A stretch of DNA of 64,000 nucleotides. It comes from Botryllus schlosseri. Lineage: Eukaryota. Positions within the stretch are counted from its first letter, which is position 1. The number at the start of each line of letters is the position of its first letter. This document shows, piece after piece, positions 47,213 to 62,636 of this stretch. The position numbers and the translations under genes are program-made. The stretch is from positions 35,962,001 to 36,026,000 of the forward strand of contig CM119372.1 in assembly GCA_051294905.1 (NCBI GenBank). Direction: 5' to 3'. The notes below the pieces were generated by a model. The model did no database searches. It saw only the letters and a list, made by a program, of their open reading frames with translations, and was not told the origin of the DNA.

Positions 47213-50200
47213 TCACACACAGAACGCGAGCGTGAACCTCACGTTCACACCATCCCTATCAAATAGTCGTCGCATGCTCGGCAGAGACCGAAAACGAGTC
47301 ATATAAATGAATACTTGATGGGATAGAGATGTATTTCTATCCACGTCAAAGAATACCAGCATGTCACCCAAGATCTGAATACGTTTCCATAACTCCATAG
47401 TTTGAATATACACTGTAGAACTAATCGGACAACCACCAATAATTAGAATAACTAATCTACAAGATGATGCAACCAAATACATACAAACTCACATTCCAAA
47501 ACTTCCATTTCAACACCGAGATCACTTGCAATCTCCCAAACTTTCGTCGAATCGTCTCCTCTAAACTCATCATTATCATCCTCGCATATCAATGTTAATT
47601 TTTTTAAATTATCGATCTTGACGAGAGACGCAATCTTATCAAGTGAAGAAAGATATTCATCTTCAAATAAGCATCGGAGATATTCGATCTGTGGTAGGAG
47701 AATAGTCTTAATTATATGATGCACTATAGTGATGATTACCGTCACTGTCGGTCGTTTTCACCACGGCATGTGATTTGTTGCAACATAGTTTAGGTTTAGG
47801 ATTAGATAAACGTAGTAATAGAAATCATGAATATCGCAATTGCGGTGGATATCTTGGGTGATTAATTAAATTAATATAACGGAAACCAGTGATGGACGGA
47901 AATATTCAGAGATGGAATTCCAAGTCATCGGGGAGACGGTTCCAAATGTGCAAATAAATATTACCTTCATTTGCTGGCAAACTTGTACTGTTTTTATGAA
48001 CTTATCCGCATTCTCAACATAAAAAGTCGCATGGACATTGATGTGAAAACCCAAAACAGTGATTTCCGTCACGCTTTCCAAAATGTGCTCGTAATCATCG
48101 GCGGATGTCTGGCCGTTCACGGCAATATCCAGGACATCAATCTCGAATGAGAAAGATAGACTATTAAAGGTACAACATAAGATATGAAAACATAACCGAG
48201 ACAATTATTCTTGGTCATTCAGGTTGTCAATGATGAACTATTTGGATTTGTGCCCAATCGTATCACAGGAAAACATAAATACATTGGCAAGCATTTCAAA
48301 TTTCGGAGGACGGATCTGACCTGATACTTTTTCAAGAACGTTTCAATCAACGACCAATCGATAGTTTGTTCGTCCGTACAATCAAGCAGCATCTTACTGA
48401 TCTAAACGCAATATTGGTTACATGAGACAAGATGTAGTCACAATGATCATAGTGAAATCAGTCTTCATATAGTTAAAATAGTTATTCATTCGAAATGTTT
48501 CATAAAGCATTGCTATGTAGTAAATAAACATTTCTGTCACAACAATTTCACCTTCCAAATGCGCAATAAGTGCGTAATAAGTCGGTTTCACAAAACGATA
48601 GATATGTAACGTGATCACATATATCCTCGTGAAGGCTGATTCATCAACCCCAGATAATATAACATACTGGACAGAGCATAAAAAACTAGGACCGGATACT
48701 GGTTTATACCATATATCACAATGATTACTTATATCCTTATATCTTATATCGCAACTTTAGCAACTTTTCTCTATTTTTTTATGCGACTTTTTCAATTTTT
48801 CATTAAACATTTTGCAATTGTTTTCGAGTTTTCGTGCAACTAATTTTTACTGTAAATATTTTGCACGATATGTAAATAGATCGCTTGATTATGACACTGT
48901 CGTTTAAATTTGATTTCCTTCATGATAAGACGTACATTCAGGCTAGACCGCCGAAAATTATATTTCTGCTGGGTCATTTTTATTGATTTTGCTGAAATCG
49001 CGAACACTGAGTATTGTTACAGTGCCTTGGATACGGATCGATTCGAGTGTCGCGCACCCTAATCATTTCAAGGAACTTGTCCATGCATGCAACTTTTTAG
49101 TGCAACTTTGTGAAAAATAAATGCAACTTAATACTGCAACTTTTGTGAAAAATAAGTGCTACTTTCCACGGATTTGACTGCAACAAGAACTTGCCCTACT
49201 TATTAATAACATTTTCAACATTTATTGACATGATATGTTTCAATATATAAACCGACTGCGAAATATAATCGGTATATTTGAGATAAGATGTCAATTTGAT
49301 GTCTCTCGACACCACAATCGTGGTTTCGTTATCTTTACACCAGTGGTTCTCAAACTTTTGTTAGACACGCCCGCCTTTATGATAGTAAAAAATATCGCGA
49401 CCCCCGTCATATTACTAAAATGTAACCAATATGCTATCAATCCTAATGGCTCGTTTAATGGCATGGAAGGTTATGACTGTTGATGAGAGAATTGTCAAAA
49501 TTAGGACAATACACAGAAAAACAAGTATGAATTTCAGGTAAATCGCGTGAAGCGCGAAAAAATATTTCAGTTGGCCGCAGCGTCGCGCCCACTTTTAGAT
49601 GCTTTCACATACCCCGAGGGAGCCGCCCCCCAGTTCGAGGACCACTGCTAAATCTAGCAATCATTGCGAGGTAAAAAAGGACCGAATTGTTATCCTATCA
49701 TACGAAAATGATTCGAGTCTTGACTTGACTCGAGTCAGACGGAGGTCAAGTTTTCGCATGACTTGTATTGAATCGGTCACTATGCAAAAATGACTTGACT
49801 TGGCATGACTCGGTGAGTCAGATATGTGGATTGATTCGTGACTCGGAGCAAACTTTACCAGTCAATTCAAGTCATCAAGTAAAAAGGTGTTGATCAAATT
49901 ACTATATCTTTTACATGTTCGGATTGTTCGCGATACGCCGATGTCACTTAAAAGTGAGAGCAACCAGTCATTCATTAATTGTACGTGTCACTGATTCTCC
50001 ATTGTTACATCAAAAATATATCGATCACAAACGACAAGGTCACAGCTTTACGTTGTCTTAGTAGTAAATTAATTATATCAACATATATGTGTTTATTAGA
50101 CGGCTCAGTGCTTACATTGCTCAGTGTTTATCTTAACCAACCCTCTTGTAGGATTTATATCGAACGAATATAGTTTATGCGCTTATATTTTCACGTATGT

Positions 50201-53200
50201 GTAGATGTGTTTACCAACAGTGTTTCAATTGCATCCATACCAGTGAGCTCACAATCATGTTTACATGACCGGCGATAGGTTTTTATGTAGTATTAGACAA
50301 GGGTATACTTTCGCAATTCGCATTGTAATACGCAAAATCAAGAGTAGTGGATCTGGCCGGGAAAATAAGGGACCGTCAGTCCATCCTAGAGTTGGTGTTG
50401 TCGGACGACCAGTTTTAATGCATATATTGCCAAATTAGACTCGGAAAGCGAACTGACAACTAAATGTATCGAAAAGCCAATAAGCTCGAAGTAGAAGTGA
50501 ATCTTGCTCGAAATCGCAATGGTCGTAACATTCACGGTGGTACCGATTAAGAATCGTCGTGCCTAAATGTGATTCCTATTAAACGTTAAAGCTACAAAAG
50601 TCAATGAATATCTCTTCGTTAGAGTTGTTCAAAATTCATCAACTTCGGAAAACTTATTGTTGTTTCCCGTACTTATAAAAAGCGTCTTATACCTTTTTTT
50701 TCTGACACTTGTGTCTTGCTCTCTGTTTGCATTTTGAGCTGTTGAACTTGACTGGAAATTGGGAATTCCCCTATTATTTTAGTGACATGTCACCTCACTT
50801 CCACTTTCGCTCAACACTTAACCTGTGCCACCAATCGTTCCTAATCTGTTGCGATTTGACAATTGAAACAAACAGATTCACTTATATATATATATATCGA
50901 CTTTTGAATTAGATAAATAAAAATGAAAAGGGATCTGCCGGGCGGCGCCGGGGACCCGAAGCCTCGAACAAGATCCCTGAGGATTAGCCTAAATGCAAAA
51001 GTTAAACTCAGATTCACTTGAGACGAGGAAAACGCGACAACGTATTATTCTGTCAGGATCAAATGGATTCCCAATATGCATTTGAAATAATTGCTTGATT
51101 GATTTATTGACCTATAATAAGATAAGGAAAATCGAATACTGGGATCTGCCAACAATAGCTCAACCTTAAGGAAGATAGAAAACCTGAAAACAGAGATACT
51201 TAAAGCGAAATATTCGTGACTGGCCTTCTCCAATTTCAGCTCTTTTATCTCTAGCAAATCATCCAGCTTGGCCAACAGTTGTTGCTGTTCATTCAATATC
51301 ACACATTCCGGATCGAACAGTTTCCCACAAAATACCACTGGTGTGAGGTATTGAATCCGTTCAAATACTAGAGTGGATTCCTGTGACAAGAAAATATTGC
51401 TAGTAATGTCACGTTCTACCAACCACAAATCTGCCTCCCCTGGATTGTCGTGACAGAAATACATACATCATATACATTAAAAAGTAGTGATTCGTAATCC
51501 AGGGAATAAGCGAGCTGATATAATTTCATGCAATAGATCGTGTAATGCAACATAAAATTCCTAATGGACTTGAGAATCAAAGAATATTATAACCGATTCC
51601 TTACGTGTAATCGAGGATACCAACATCAATTCGTTTACTCTCGTTGGAAACAGGCTATCCTCAATTCTTGATTAGTTCCAACATCTTTACACTTACTACT
51701 TACAGCTACGAGTAACCATTGCCAAATTCGGCGTAGCGAAACCGTTTTCTAATACGATATGCCAAGGATCTATAGTATCGAGACCGTAACTGTTTGAATG
51801 TCCGTACCTTTAGAACCCAGGATATGTAAACGTATTTATAGTTTGAAGTCTACGTTCTAGCTTTTGCACGGTGTCGAACTCGCAGAAAATGAGACATCAC
51901 GGAACATTTATCAAATAAATGATTGTCTGTGATAAATTATTTCGTCATTAGTGTTGGTAGTTGTACATTGTACAATCCACCCACTACTAATGAATATTTA
52001 TATTTTCTCCGCGTGATCAGATTTACCGATAGAGCTGATGGAAGGAGTACTTTCGAACATTAGGCGGAATCAATTAATGATGATGCATCTTCGGCTGGCC
52101 CCATAATGTTATTCATAACTTTTTGTCACTTTGTTATTTGTTGACCTCCCATCATGATTGTTGATAAATTAAAAATATATTGGAACCGCCCAAAAGTATT
52201 AAAAGAACAACTTTTGTAAGACGCACAGCATTCAAAATGCATGTTGACGGCCGCCAACATATTCTAATGCAGTTACTTTGTGGACGGCCCCAAATTTATG
52301 CTTCCACGTCCTCAGGGTGGCCACCCCTTTCGTAGTGAATTAAGGAATAAGGGGAATGGAAAGAAAAAATGAGCGACGGAAATTTGGAGGGTGGTATCAA
52401 TCATTGATATCGAGTTGGTAGCATATTTAAGTCCTAATATCCAACCTTGATGTTAAACTGCCCTGCAAAGATACCGCCACTTATCTTGATGACTTCTTTT
52501 TCTTTCCACAATCCAAAACTATACCCCTGTGCAGTCAGCATGACAACCTATTGTTTAGATGAGAAACTTCGTCACGGAGAGCATGGGTTATCAATGAAAT
52601 TACGCGAAGTAATACCGTAAATATATTATACCGATATCACATAGATTCCACGACATCGCTAATGCAGGAAGGTAGGAAATTACACCGTTCATAAACACGA
52701 ACTTTAGGACACAAGTGAATTGTCAAACGGTTTCATTGTGCATCAACGGCGTCATCGATGGCACATTGCAACAACACTAGCATTTTTAGGGGCGGTCGAG
52801 CAGGAAACTAACGCACTGGTAAGCGGCATCCACGGTAAACCAATGTCGGTACCAAGACCGGGTAAATAGGAATGTTTATGGCAGGAAGAACATCAGCCCT
52901 TAAAATGCAGCCAAATGATAGTGCGCATCAATCAAAGAAGATTTATTATTTCACATGCACAACTACAAACCATGGAATCGAACTCACTTCCCAATCCAAA
53001 TTCCCAGATAGCCAATCAATTAGGCGATGTCCAAGAAGTGAACGCAGTGCCGTTGTTGATAAATTGTTGTAGCACAAATTCAACTTCTCCACCTGAAATA
53101 TTTTTTAATGTGGAAGAGAAATGTCAGTAGTACATTTAATCATCCACGCCAAGATGTAAAGTCAATCGGTCGGAATATATTTACGATACTGTCGAAGGAT

Positions 53201-56200
53201 CTTCGATAGACCCTTTATTACCAACCTATGTCATAATCCCGATCCCAGGAATCTCATCAGTGAATACGATTGCCATGGGAACATGTATCACTAAGAAATA
53301 TAGAGCGAATTCAGAACCCTTAATCAAAATAATTTCGAAAATTAACAAGGAATTAGATTGCATGAATTTGCGTCAGATTCATATTTTCACGATAGCGCAT
53401 GTAGGCCATACACCATCATCCCGTCAAATACATTTGTCTATCCGGAGAAATTGATCTCATTTTAAATAGTGTGAGTTTTGGGGTGACCTTTAAAGTGTCT
53501 TGTTCAAGTTTGTGTCACATTCTCCATTGACGTTTTCCGTGTGGCGCATAACCCAGTATCGGATAACAATTGATTAGGTTGCTTCGATTGAGGGAGAGGA
53601 AATGTGATCATTGTGTTGTCGGTCTGTGTTGTGTAAGGGAATTTTTACGGCATTTAGAAAGCCTTTATAGCCTTTTTTGTAGTGTCCCTACATAATAAAA
53701 AATCATTTAATAACAAGTGATTTATACTGATACTCACATGAGTTCGATTCTTCACACATCTTGTAATGATCCTAAACATATCGTCGTCGATTTCGCAGTC
53801 TTCTAAACACCAAGAATCCAGACTTTCATTTCTCGCCGCAAGAGCCCCGACGACATGAGCTTCGTCGTGACTTAATGAGATCCCAGATACATCGATCACG
53901 GAAAAAATTTTGATGAGATCGTCGTCGTCTGATTCATAAATTGCTATATAGAGTTCCATCCGAAGGTACTTGTCTTTCCACCCAGTCTTCTGCTCCAGTT
54001 GCGAACGAATCGAGCGAGCGAGAACTTGCCGTTTCCTTCTCTGATCTGTGACTGTAAGGCGATTTGCGTTATCGTCACATTATTGTCACTGTACGGCGTA
54101 CTAAGTGGAAAGACACAACATTTTTGTTAATCACGATGGGTGAAATGTTGCGTTGAAATGCGGTTATTCAGCGGCATCTATTATTGACTAACACGTTTAT
54201 TTTCATTTCGTTCATCGCAATTGGGCATGTTTTTTCCATTGGCAATATCTTGTTGCGTTGACGGATACAAGAAGTTCTTTACTATTCAGCTGTATAATTA
54301 CTGTTATGTAGCAGTTGTCTTCTGTTTCGGCATCGGTTACTGTTGCGTCAGACAATTAAAATTTATTCACCTTCACCATTATACCCGCAGAGGAATGATC
54401 GTGGTCCGCCCCATTATGATACGGGATCCATAATAAGTAGGACAGGACTTTTTCAGCTTCCCGAAGCATCCTAAATTATGTGGTATGATGTTTTAAGTTG
54501 TTTTAGGGGATTTTATATTGTAAGTTTGTGCAACCCTTTATATTTTTATGATACTTCTTACTGCGACTTTTATCAAGTATTGCGCAAAATGTAAAGTAGT
54601 GATTAAAAATCATGCTACAAAACTATTTCTAGTATGGTTCTCTTTGATTCATTTAACAAAGAGCTACGCGATTGATTAGCTACATCTCAATGTTATCTGT
54701 GACGCAATGGCATTCAAGCTTGAAATTTAAATTTGAGGGTCTTTCCCAATTTCAAGGACTCCCAGGCGAGACCGCCGAAAATTACATTATATAGCCTTTC
54801 GGTCGTAGTCCTCGCTATCTGACTGAATACGGCTAAGTTACATCAGGCTCGACTGGACCCAGAGACACATTGCAGATTCGGCGGATATATTACAACAAAG
54901 GCAGCCACAATAAATACATCAATACTTCCTATCCAATCCAATACTTAACAAAGTAACAATAACAACTCTACACAAAGACAACCCAAGACCAACTCCATAC
55001 AAAGACAACCCAAGACCAACTCCATACACTTCCTCTTTCCTAATACCGCATGCTACCTTACGCATGACTGGTCTTGTAACCAGATAGTCCAAAGTCATGA
55101 TGGCTCCTGCACCGAGCGGTTACAATAGACCTTTTGCAGGACTTCGATCACGTGGCTAGATACGCATAGCTAACCACAAATTGGTTAGCAAGCTACTTTC
55201 TCGCGCACCTGCTTCAGTGCTAAATATCGCATATTGTACTGTTGATTTCTGGTTGTAAACGTTTCGGAAATTTTTTGTAGAAGTCATCAGATATTTACCT
55301 GTGCTAGACGTCAATCCTGTACAAAGCACATAGAATGATATCGCCAGAATTACGCAGAAATCCGTCGCTAACGTAGCCGTATTTCGGATACAGTATATTA
55401 TTGTTTTCGGGCTGCAAACGTTTTATATAAAACGCAAGTGTCATGGAAATGCGCAAGGATTTAAATATGTTGGATGTCTTTCATTCATGAACTATGTAAA
55501 CTCCTTGTGTCAAAATGATCGACATTGTAGCCGTTATTTGGTAGTCAACTATGATTTTATGACACAAATTCGACATCGCAGGACATTGACTGCGTGATAT
55601 TTATTGCAGCATTAAGTTAGGTGTGGATAGTATAGTATACTATACTATACTATAGTTTAATTGTAGTGGTAGTTGTTAATCATTGCAGCATTTTGATGAT
55701 TAATATCGATTGCAATATATATAAGATACTGCTATTTTTAAGCCTAGAGACAATGACTGCCAGTACGTTGATGTGTTATGAATTCATGCAATGTGCTACA
55801 TACCATATATATATTAAACATCCTATGCTTTTGTATGGCTTCTCAGTTAAACAATTCAAAATATTTAGACCTCTACACCTATATTACAAGTTCTTGATCT
55901 TTCTGTCATGCTGCCAAGTGCCACTACCCGAAGAAAAATGATCATCAGCTCCAATTGAGGGTGCAACAAACTGTCCCAAGGCCTGGATTACTTGATTGAT
56001 TGCCTGGATTGGATTACTTCACTCTATGGCACAGTGCAAATATCTTGAGTTTCAAGACATGGCGATACCACATGTAGGCTATACGAATTAATGATCTGAT
56101 GGATTATCCCAAGAGAGCCGAACATGGCAACTAAGAAATTGATGATGCCCTCATCAAGAATTCAGCCTGGAGCCAATTATTATCACCACATAAAATTCGG

Positions 56201-59200
56201 TCATGCGGAAAAAGGCAGCGTGGTTTCATACCAACAGAAAAAGTCAGCAGATGATCTGACCACTGACTAGCTGTCCTGAACTTCTTTCCCGATGTTGATG
56301 TCTGCTTTGAAAATGATATTTCATTTGTGTACACCAAGACAAGCGCTCTTGTGTGGATGCTATGAATATGTCTAGACAAGTGGCTATGGAGGTAGAGGAA
56401 AATACATAGGCATAAGAGTCTCGGCAGTTATTGAACTTGATAAGGTTAACATGCATTTTTCTTCAACTATTTCTTATGCTCTGGGTATCGAATGCACAAA
56501 AATTAATAAATTGCACTTCTTTGCAAGTTTATTTGTAAATTCAATGAATCAAAGAATATCATAAGCTCAGAATATTACGGAGTCAATGCAAAAGAAACAA
56601 TGTTAGTCGTCTTTAGAGGATGTTTCTGAGATGGTTGAACCAATACACAGAGGGGGTCAGCAACGAAGTACTATTTTACATGAGTACTAGCGTCATTATG
56701 AGTTTAGGCTACTTCCACTTCTACTTGACACTTTTTAGGTAGTACTTTTTTGTCAGGTTTAGGATTTTGTCAACTAGAAAGTAGCTTTGGCGCATGATTG
56801 CATCCGCTTCAAGCGTGAGGTTGTCATAAAAACTGGGCAAAATAGCCCCAGCACCAGAGTAACTAAATTAATTTTTGAAAATTGCACCTATTTGTGGTGT
56901 CATCACCCTTTTGCGTTCATCAAGAAGATGCAATATGCAATGTTTACAGTTGTCACATGGCATCAATTTCCAAAACTAAGTGGCCCTCAACCAAATCTAC
57001 TTCATGTAACGAATTTCTTGACTACTTTTCAGAAATTCATTTCTACTCCCACTTGAAGTACTTTGGACATGCCCCGGAAGTAATTAGTGCTACTTGTACT
57101 GGAGTATAAATTAAGGCATGCATTACTTCTACTCGGTTCCCAACAATGACCACTTCTGGGTATAGGATGACCGATCTTGTCACTGCGTTTGAGCTGCTCT
57201 AAGAGTTATTTGATAGTTACTTCCCTTAGTTCGCTAAATAGCGCACATATGTGACATCAACTATTTATCAAAATCGCGTGTAATTTGCCAAATCCACTTC
57301 AATCGCAGTTGCGAAGTGGCGCTAATAAAATCGGCATTGTAAAAGGCAACAATAAAGTGCACTGCTTTGCTTATTCTTGATAGCAGGTTCTCCCAAAATA
57401 TACTTCCGATGTGTTCAGCGACATTTTTTTTATAGCAGCACGCCAGCACCCAAACCAGCAGACAGTATATCCTGATCCTTGCGGGTCCCGGCAGCTTCAC
57501 TCATATCTTCCATCCAAAATCAGGCTCCACAACAGACAAATAATACTGCTTGAACTAACAAATAGGCTACTCTTACCAGAATAGAAACCAATCGCTTTAC
57601 TTCAAATGCATAAATTTAAGTACATATGATCAGAGTTGAGTACCGTAATACGACTACGTTACCGATGGATTTCTGCGTAATTCTGACGATATCATTCTAA
57701 ATGCTTCGTACAGGATTGACATCTAGCATAGGTGAATCTCTGATGACTCCTACAGCACATTTCCGAAACGTTTACAACCAAAAATCAACAGTATACTGTA
57801 TACCCTATGCGATATTTAGCACTGTAGCAGGTGCGCGAGAAAGTAGCTTGCTAACCAATTTGTGGTTGCTATGCGTATCTAGTCACGTGATCGAAGTCCT
57901 GCAAAAGGCCTATTATCACGAGGTCACCTTTTCAGCCTATTGATTCTGTTAAAGTCGCCAACAGTGAGTTTTGCTGAAATTGTTTGGGTTAAGTTGGCAG
58001 ACCTAGGGAGTTTGGGGTGTGATATTTAACTTGTACGGGTTATCGATTTGTTGTTAGGCTTTTTTCCGGGAAATTATTTTCGCATTGCGTTATTTTCTTT
58101 CTACGTTCCAGCAAAAAATGTAATTTTGTCAGTCTCGCCAGGCCGTCCGTGAAAAGTGAACATACCAAAATTATACAGCTCTCTGACTGCGAATTACTGT
58201 CATGGAGGTTTCAAACCTAAAGAACATAAAAATGTATGAATGATCGATTGAATAGCGAAGAAGAAAGAAAGCAATAGACACCTTGCAAATTTCAAGCCCA
58301 TTGGTTATACAAGGGAACCTATCGAGCATCTCCTATCTCTACTAATTCTGAGAACTTATAGATGCAACTTTTTACTGCAACTTTTGTTAAAGTCAAGTGC
58401 AACTCTCTCAGGATTTTAGTGCCACAAAAATTTGCCCTGATAATAGAGCGTACTCGAGGATAGTGGAAACATAGCAATTGTGGAAGGTAGCTAGTTATCA
58501 TGCAAATAATAGATATCATTGTGTTATATAACCAGAGGTGGTCACTAGTCAGTAATATAGTACTTCTACTTTTTCTTAGTATTCCCTTTCTAATATTACT
58601 TACTCAAGAAAATCCAATTTTCCGCTACTTCTATTTTACGTCCTCATATGTTGAGATATACTTACTTTTTCTATGCTATTTACAGTTTGTACAGAAGTAT
58701 TATTTTCCTCCAGTAACAGGTAGAACTAAACCAATACTGAAAAATTCAGGCGCTGTTGTCGCGGAGAGTCCAGAATTTTATTCGTGCTTCGCACGAAAGA
58801 TACATGTAGCCACGAAAGTCTTGGTCAATATCAGTTACATCGTGGTTGCGTAATTCAAGCGCGCAATTTCACACCAAACAGTTGCCCGTATGACAGATGA
58901 AAAAAGTTCATAAGTTTCAGAGGTTATATGGGCTCCTCATCGCAGATACCGCTGTCTTGCAAAGCCAAGAATCTCTGTAAGCGACGTGATTAAAGGTCGG
59001 CATCAGATACCCGATGAATGCATGCGAGAGAGTCTTAGACTGAAGAGCGAATGAAGAAGGATACCAAAGACAACGATACTGAAAGACAGAAAGTCATCGA
59101 AACTGCTCCATAACAATATCAATGTCGTGATGTAAAAGGACAAAAATGGCGATAAGCCTCACTGGAATGGAGTGAATTATTATTATTAATAATAATATGG

Positions 59201-62200
59201 TTGAGCAAAGCGTTTGGAATGATACGATATACGGTATTTTGATTTGCTTTCCTCGTCGCACAAAGCGGCAGAGTGGCATCCGATACATTTTCTCCGTAGC
59301 GCTCATCGTGTTAACTACGGGCTTTGTAGTGCGCGACGGCACCATTACATAGTATTCGGAACGGGAGTACCGGGGTAAACAAGGGTTACCATGCGGATGT
59401 AGTAAGACGCCACTTATACCAGAGGTCGCCAAATAAAAACAACAACATCAATAATAATCAGGCCACACAGTTGAACAACGATGCTATCTCGTCACCTACT
59501 CAACAATAATGAATTGATATCTTGGTAAATTTTGGGTAACGGGTTTATCGAACGTCTTGAAATCTCAATTAAGGATTGCACCGTGTGTTGACTGATCAGA
59601 TAGAAGCAGACATGGCGACGTCTGTATGACAATGCTCTTCACATATCTACATTGTGTTCGTCACTATCGGCGAGGAATGGCTTTGAAGTAACATTGCTGT
59701 CGTTAAACTGCATTCATTAAAAACGATTTATTCCTTGTATATGTGGATAAATGGTCGAATAATGTATCGATTCCACAATCCAGCCCGCCAAGTACTTAAT
59801 TTTCCTATATCCGGCCCGCCGACTGGAGAAGTTGCCCGCCCCTGTTATATAGTGATGGTATCATTTGTATCATATGATGCGGTCGAGTTCTTGTTGTTGA
59901 AAATATATGTAACCTGGGATGTAGCAACACAAATCTCTGCGCCGCCCGCCTATGTCAGTTGTCTGGTTTTGAATGAGCCTATTTATGACTGATTTTCAAA
60001 AGTACCTACTTACTTAGGTAGTTCTAAAAGTCAACAAATTATACTTCTACCAGAAGTAGTTTTCATCTGAACAAGTCACGCGCAATTTACGGTGCGATAT
60101 GACACAATGCGATGTCATGAACAGATAGGAGGAGGAGGATGTCGAATGACACGCATCAGTAGCAATCCTTTACTCTAACATCCACCTCGGCCTAGAGTTC
60201 CCGGATGTCACAGATCTTTTCGATTGTGATGTTTTTTTTAAGCCGCGTTCCTATCTACTAGTTCTTTCCATTTCTTGTGAGTGCTTTCTTTCGTCGGGTC
60301 ATTTTCTGGGCTTTTTTGTCGCCGTAAGAACGGCAACAGCGGGGAAAGAGGAGCCCAGATAAACCTCCGACGGGAATCGAACCAAGTCCGTCAGATGGGT
60401 GGGCGCTTATCGTTACCACTACGCCATCTCCCCCGCCCCAGTTATGGGCTGCCTCGAATAGCGCTATGTCTACTCGTACTTGAGTATCATATGCTTCTCT
60501 ACTACTACTTCTATACTAGAATAGCGTTCTTGACTACTGTGACCATCTCTGTATGTAACAGGTAACACACCAGAAATTTTATCGTAATCGTGTTCGTATA
60601 CTGCATTGCTCAAGCAGTTGGTTGAGAGATAACTCACGTATATGCTACAATACCAAAGATGTTTGCTTTGCAATTCAATGTATCTATGATGCTTGCTTCA
60701 ACTATTCTTCCCACTCGATTGATGATGTGAAATAAGACAGGATGAACTAAACGACTCTGACATAACTAGGGCTGAGCACATTCATTTAAGTACTCGATCG
60801 TATCTGACTCAATTATTAGTTGTAATGGTTCGGATGGAGTAGTGAGAGCCGAAAATTTCAAGTGCTTTAAGTATATTTTCAATAATTTCTCCCACTTCGA
60901 ACGCATTGAAACTTAGATAAGTCGTATCATAGCACACAACCATACAGCCCAAATATACGAACGTTACCAGAAATATAGTATAGTGTAGAGAAGCGTAATA
61001 CTAGATTCGGAATTGAATCACTCGGGTAAATCCATTTGGCTCTGCCCTACCCGAAACCAATGGGTTTCTTGGCAAATATTTTACAAAAACCCGATAACTT
61101 ACCCCTGTGAACCTCACTAGGAGATTTCATGTAAACAACGCCTGTTACGAATCTTCGAACCACGGACCATCGTTTCTCATGTAGATGTTTGTCACTAAAG
61201 CAAGAGAACTCTTCGAGCTCCATTTCAGAGACATAGCTAGCTGCCAGAAATTCTTGCATGCTTTGATGACAGAAGATAAAATTAAAGTTGCCTTCCAATA
61301 AGTGACGGCTGAGAATATTATAACCAGGAACTTTCGTCATCACATCTTGTACTTCCCCGGCGGAAACTCCGAATTCTTTTAATTCCGCCTCGACGAATAC
61401 GACTCGTCCGTCTATCATGCCCTGAAACGCCAATGCCTTTAACTTGTGTATAATCGACAATATTTCTGTGCGGTTTCGGATATTTTCCACACTCTGAAAC
61501 ATTGACAAGATCCTAGTGTACAGCTCTGTAACCGTAAAGGGAGGTGGCCTACTTGGAAACCTCCTCATCACAACTGCTATCAAAATCAGAAACACCGGGA
61601 TCGAAAGTAGTTGATGTAATCGCGGTGCCATGCTTTCGATTTTCTCCCAGAGATAGTTCCCATTCTCATTGAGAAGAAACACGAACAGGTTATGGGCATC
61701 TTGTAGTGCGAGTCCAGTCAATGTGATGATATCGCCTGGACGCGCTTCCGCCGGTAGCTCGGATACTTTGAATTCACGTGATGACATGATGATTTTGACA
61801 TGGCGAAGGATATGGCGGGATAAGATGTTGTACATGATGGCCGAGGTGCTCGCTTTCTCATACGGTTTGATTTTTTGGACGCTACCCTTGATAAAGTCCC
61901 ATCTCGCTTGATCAAGTCCGTCAAAAATGATGATTGCTTCTGATTGATGTTCTAACAACCATTCGAAAGCTTCATCTTCTTCATCTTCACTTTTGTAAAG
62001 GCCGCCGAATAGGAACTTTGATGTTGTTATACTGTTCTCTTCTTTCTTGTCCTTCAATTCAATGTAATGTATCATTTTTCGTTTCGTTATTTTGAACGGA
62101 ACGGGCTCATCCACTTCCTTTGTAGAAGAGATCCCGAGAGCTTTGCGAGCTATTCTACGTGTAAGAGTCGTTTTTCCTGATCCTACAGGTGCGACGATAG

Positions 62201-62554
62201 CAGTGACCCCAACTACATCATCCGGAGATAATTTAATATTGTTCGATATTGCTTCCATGACCTCTTCCATTGTGATCGATTTACATTCCTTATCGTGTTG
62301 ACGGTAAAACCCGAAATCCTCGGTCAACTGATTTCGAAAATCTTTTCTTCTAATTCTGGTTTGGGCATCAAAATGATTTTCCATGCGAAAACGACCTTTG
62401 TAATAATCGTCAACATCAACTTTTTTCATCCGAGGGAAAACTTCGAAATCCGGTTCATGAAGAATTTCATTCTTGAAGTCTTCGCGAATGCCAATGGCCG
62501 TTTCTTGCCGAGTATGATGGTTAACAATCGCTATCAATTCGCCGTAGTTTACGC
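47213..62554 (-). CDS. NACHT + degenerate LRR (NLR-like) gene; exons 61103-62554, 53738-54051, 52988-53092, ~51225-51380, 47887-48141, 47493-47688, 47213-47412; 5' exons not identified
   Basis: Walker A APVGSGKTT, Walker B IIIFDGLDQ, IIMSSR, LLSIPVFL, FCHQSMQEFLAA. LRR-like WCLEDCEIDDD and VEKLNLCYNNLS in later exons. Splice phases chain in frame; one donor is uncertain. Confidence 0.82.
49341..49647. mobile_element. Charlie-like MITE remnant in NLR intron
   Basis: CAGTGGTTCTCAAAC .. GTTCGAGGACCACTG termini; no clear TSD. Confidence 0.6.
55127..57911. mobile_element. Long-TIR non-autonomous DNA transposon (possibly ISL2EU/PIF-Harbinger-related)
   Basis: ~265-bp imperfect inverted repeats 55127-55391 / ~57640-57911 starting AGACCTTTTGCAGGAC, flanked by AT. 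Contains a nested CAGAGGGGGTCA..TGACCACTTCTG fragment at 56648-57158. Superfamily inferred from termini only. Confidence 0.75.
58533..60551. mobile_element. Non-autonomous hAT element, same family as 30472-31794
   Basis: TIRs CAGAGGTGGTCAC / GTGACCATCTCTG; TSD TATATAAC/TATGTAAC; CTACTT repeats. Confidence 0.8.
60330..60434 (-). mobile_element. tRNA-derived SINE-like head
   Basis: GGGGGAGATGGCGTAGTGGT (A box) .. GGTTCGATTCCC (B box) .. GGTTTATCTGGGCT; no full cloverleaf. Confidence 0.6.
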
Positions 62555-62636
62555 CTGTAAAAAGTCCGACAATTATTAGATGTGCTGCTAAAACAAAAAA
62601 GCGGATACATTAAAACTGATTTGACGTACTGCCAGA

